32,000 nt of DNA. Source: a cyanobacterium endosymbiont of Braarudosphaera bigelowii. Lineage in GTDB: Bacteria; Cyanobacteriota; Cyanobacteriia; Cyanobacteriales; Microcystaceae. Below the pieces are notes generated by a model that was not told where the DNA came from, ran no database searches, and worked only from the letters and a program-made list of their open reading frames with translations. Location of the stretch: contig NZ_AP024987.1 of assembly GCF_020885515.1 (NCBI RefSeq), forward strand, positions 150,001 to 182,000, in the 5' to 3' direction. Of the stretch, positions 29,888-32,000 are shown one piece after another. Made by a program: the position numbers and the translations under genes. How positions within the stretch are numbered: the stretch's first letter is position 1; each line of letters begins with the position of its first letter.

Positions 29888-30289
29888 TTTGTCTATATCA
29901 TTCAGTATTTGACATGATTGTATCTCTAAATAACAAATTAGTTTAACTTTTAGCTAATAAGCCATAATATTGAACTCTGACAAAAATCAATGAAAATTTT
30001 ATAAAAAATATTTAAGATAAATATCTTACAGAATTTTAAAATTTTTTGAATAGTTAGCACTATATAAATATAAAGAAGAATAGATTCTATTCTTTAGTCT
30101 TTGCATGAATTCTAGATTTTATCCATACTTATATTTTTATATATTGAATATTTTGTATATTTCATTATGTATTGTTTTAATAGTATTTAGTAATAAATAA
30201 ACTTCTATTATTGTCATATAAGTTTACAAGTTTTTATTATTTCTGTGAATTATGCATAACATTGCTATAGATATCAAATCAGAAAACTT

Positions 30290-31192
30290 ATGTTAGGATT
30301 TATTGGTTTAAACAAACCTTCGGGATTAACATCTCATGATTGTATTAATAAATTAAGAAAGCTATTAGATATTAAAAAAATAGGTCATGGAGGTACTCTT
30401 GACCCTACTGCTACAGGTGTATTGCCTATAGCAGTAGGTAAGGCAACACGTTTATTACCTTTTCTACCGAAAAACAAAGCTTACAACGCTACTATAATTT
30501 TTGGCTTACAGACACAAACAGACGACTTAGAAGGAGAAATTATTAAGGTAAAATCTGGAATTAATCTTGTTCTACAGGATATTGAGCCTTTGTTAAAAAA
30601 ATTTTTGGGAAATATTAAACAAATTCCACCTTTATATAGCGCTATCCAAAAGAATGGTAAGCGTTTATACTTTTCTGCAAGGAAAGGAGAAAAAGTAGAT
30701 ATACCAGTAAGAACAGTTAGAATCGATATGATCAAAATACTAAATTGGAGTCCTGGTGAATTTCCAGCATTAACAATTAATATTCAATGTGGTTCAGGAA
30801 CTTATATTAGGTCATTAGCTAGAGATTTAGGGCAGGCACTAGGTATTGGTGGAACTTTGGCTAAGCTCGTTAGAACAGAAAGTTGTGGCATTTTGTTACC
30901 ACATACATTAACCTTGGAAAGAATCAATAAACAATTAAAATACGACAAATTTTCCTTAATTGAGCCAGAATCTTTATTAAAAGAACTTCCAATTTTGAAC
31001 CTATCTTCAGCAGATGGTATACGTTGGTGTCAAGGACAAAAAGTGTTTACTGATATCTTGAATGTAGAATTATTTCCTAAGTTTGTCCGAATTAACAATG
31101 AGAAGGAACATTTCCTAGGAATAGGTAGTTATATGTATGATGGTAAAAATAATTTTCTTAAACCTAAAGTTGTTGTCAGAGAAAATTTGTAA
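30290..31192 (+). CDS. truB: tRNA pseudouridine(55) synthase TruB
   Basis: 'GLNKPSGLTSHDCINKLRKLLDIKKIGHGGTLDPTATGVLPIAVGKATRL' includes the catalytic 'GTLDPxAxG' motif. Confidence 0.96.
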   Translation: MLGFIGLNKPSGLTSHDCINKLRKLLDIKKIGHGGTLDPTATGVLPIAVGKATRLLPFLPKNKAYNATIIFGLQTQTDDLEGEIIKVKSGINLVLQDIEPLLKKFLGNIKQIPPLYSAIQKNGKRLYFSARKGEKVDIPVRTVRIDMIKILNWSPGEFPALTINIQCGSGTYIRSLARDLGQALGIGGTLAKLVRTESCGILLPHTLTLERINKQLKYDKFSLIEPESLLKELPILNLSSADGIRWCQGQKVFTDILNVELFPKFVRINNEKEHFLGIGSYMYDGKNNFLKPKVVVRENL

Positions 31193-31234
31193 CTTCATGT
31201 CTAAAATATAATTATGATTTTGATGAATAAACTA

Positions 31235-31930
31235 CTAAGAAAATAATATATTCCCACAATTTTTGTTAATAGGAATTGCTTGTTTTATTTTAGAAGGTTG
31301 AGATAGCTTAATTTTACTCATGAGATTGATAAATTCTTTACGCTCTACTCCTGTAAAGCGAGGATTATTTTTTCTTTCCTCTCCAATAGTTGATACAGTA
31401 AATCCTTGATAATCATGTCCTGGATACACTAGGATTTCGTCAGGTAAATTGAAGAGCTTCATAGTTACAGAATCATAAAGAATTCCTGCATCACCACTTT
31501 GAAAATCTGTCCTTCCACATCCCCTAATTAACAAAGCATCTCCAGTCAGGACTAAAGTTTGATTTATTAAATATGAACAATGGCTATCTGTATGTCCAGG
31601 AGTATACATAGCTTCAATTATTGTATTACCTAATAATAGAGTTTCTTTATCATCAATGAAACGATCTGCACATTTAATAACTTCATTTTTTGGTATGATT
31701 CCTAGACATCGAGTTAATTCCCTCAACTTTCCTGTACCTGTTATATGATCAGCATGAATATGAGTTTCTAAGCAGTATTTTAAAATTAAATTTAATTCTT
31801 TAATAAGTTTAATATCTCTTGCAACGTTCTCAAATACTGGATCAACTAAAATCGCTTCTCTTGTATGGGGATCGGCTACTAGATAGGTATACGTTGATGA
31901 TTCTTTATCAAATAACTGACGAAAAAGCAT
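31235..31930 (-). CDS. MBL-fold metallo-hydrolase, ETHE1/persulfide dioxygenase-like
   Basis: 'THIHADHITGTGKLRE', 'YTPGHTDSHCSYLINQTLVLTGDALLIRGCGRTDFQSG' and 'YPGHDYQGFTVSTIGEE'. Confidence 0.88.
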   Translation of the reverse strand: MLFRQLFDKESSTYTYLVADPHTREAILVDPVFENVARDIKLIKELNLILKYCLETHIHADHITGTGKLRELTRCLGIIPKNEVIKCADRFIDDKETLLLGNTIIEAMYTPGHTDSHCSYLINQTLVLTGDALLIRGCGRTDFQSGDAGILYDSVTMKLFNLPDEILVYPGHDYQGFTVSTIGEERKNNPRFTGVERKEFINLMSKIKLSQPSKIKQAIPINKNCGNILFS

Positions 31931-32000
31931 AAAATAATGTAATAATTTTGTTATTTATCATACAGCAGTTAAAGGACTTTTTTTTAAACTTTCCAAGAAG

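Noticed and set aside
24740-30735. Short overlapping ORFs at 24740-24985, 27115-27357, 29553-29816 and 30481-30735
   Set aside because: They are antisense to sppA, the UbiB-family kinase, manC and truB, with no independent support.

Overview
This is an AT-rich cyanobacterial chromosome segment. The gene content and high AT suggest a reduced, possibly symbiotic, Crocosphaera/UCYN-A or spheroid-body-like lineage; that assignment is inference only. Most of the window is housekeeping: era, an EF-hand/polyferredoxin membrane protein, a uracil-DNA glycosylase, an AI-2E-type transporter, an MlaE-like permease, a ThiS/MoaD-like sulfur carrier, recN, a ChpX/Y CO2-hydration protein, ndhL-DUF3007, a CbpA-type DnaJ, asparaginase, a CGLD27-like protein, rsfS, DAHP synthase, sppA, sepF, an ABC1/UbiB kinase, mannose-1-P guanylyltransferase, truB, an MBL-fold hydrolase, tRNA-Arg(UCU) and initiator tRNA-Met(CAU). 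The most interesting locus is 19616-22808. It holds a 1010-aa plasmid-type replication protein (Toprim/DUF3854-like N-terminus plus helicase-like ATPase, resembling CyRepA1) among chromosomal genes, with a perfect 39-bp palindrome about 120 bp upstream of its start. The DAHP synthase gene next to it appears to be split by a single-nucleotide frameshift at an A7 tract. No CRISPR array, rRNA, transposase or obvious defence system was seen.
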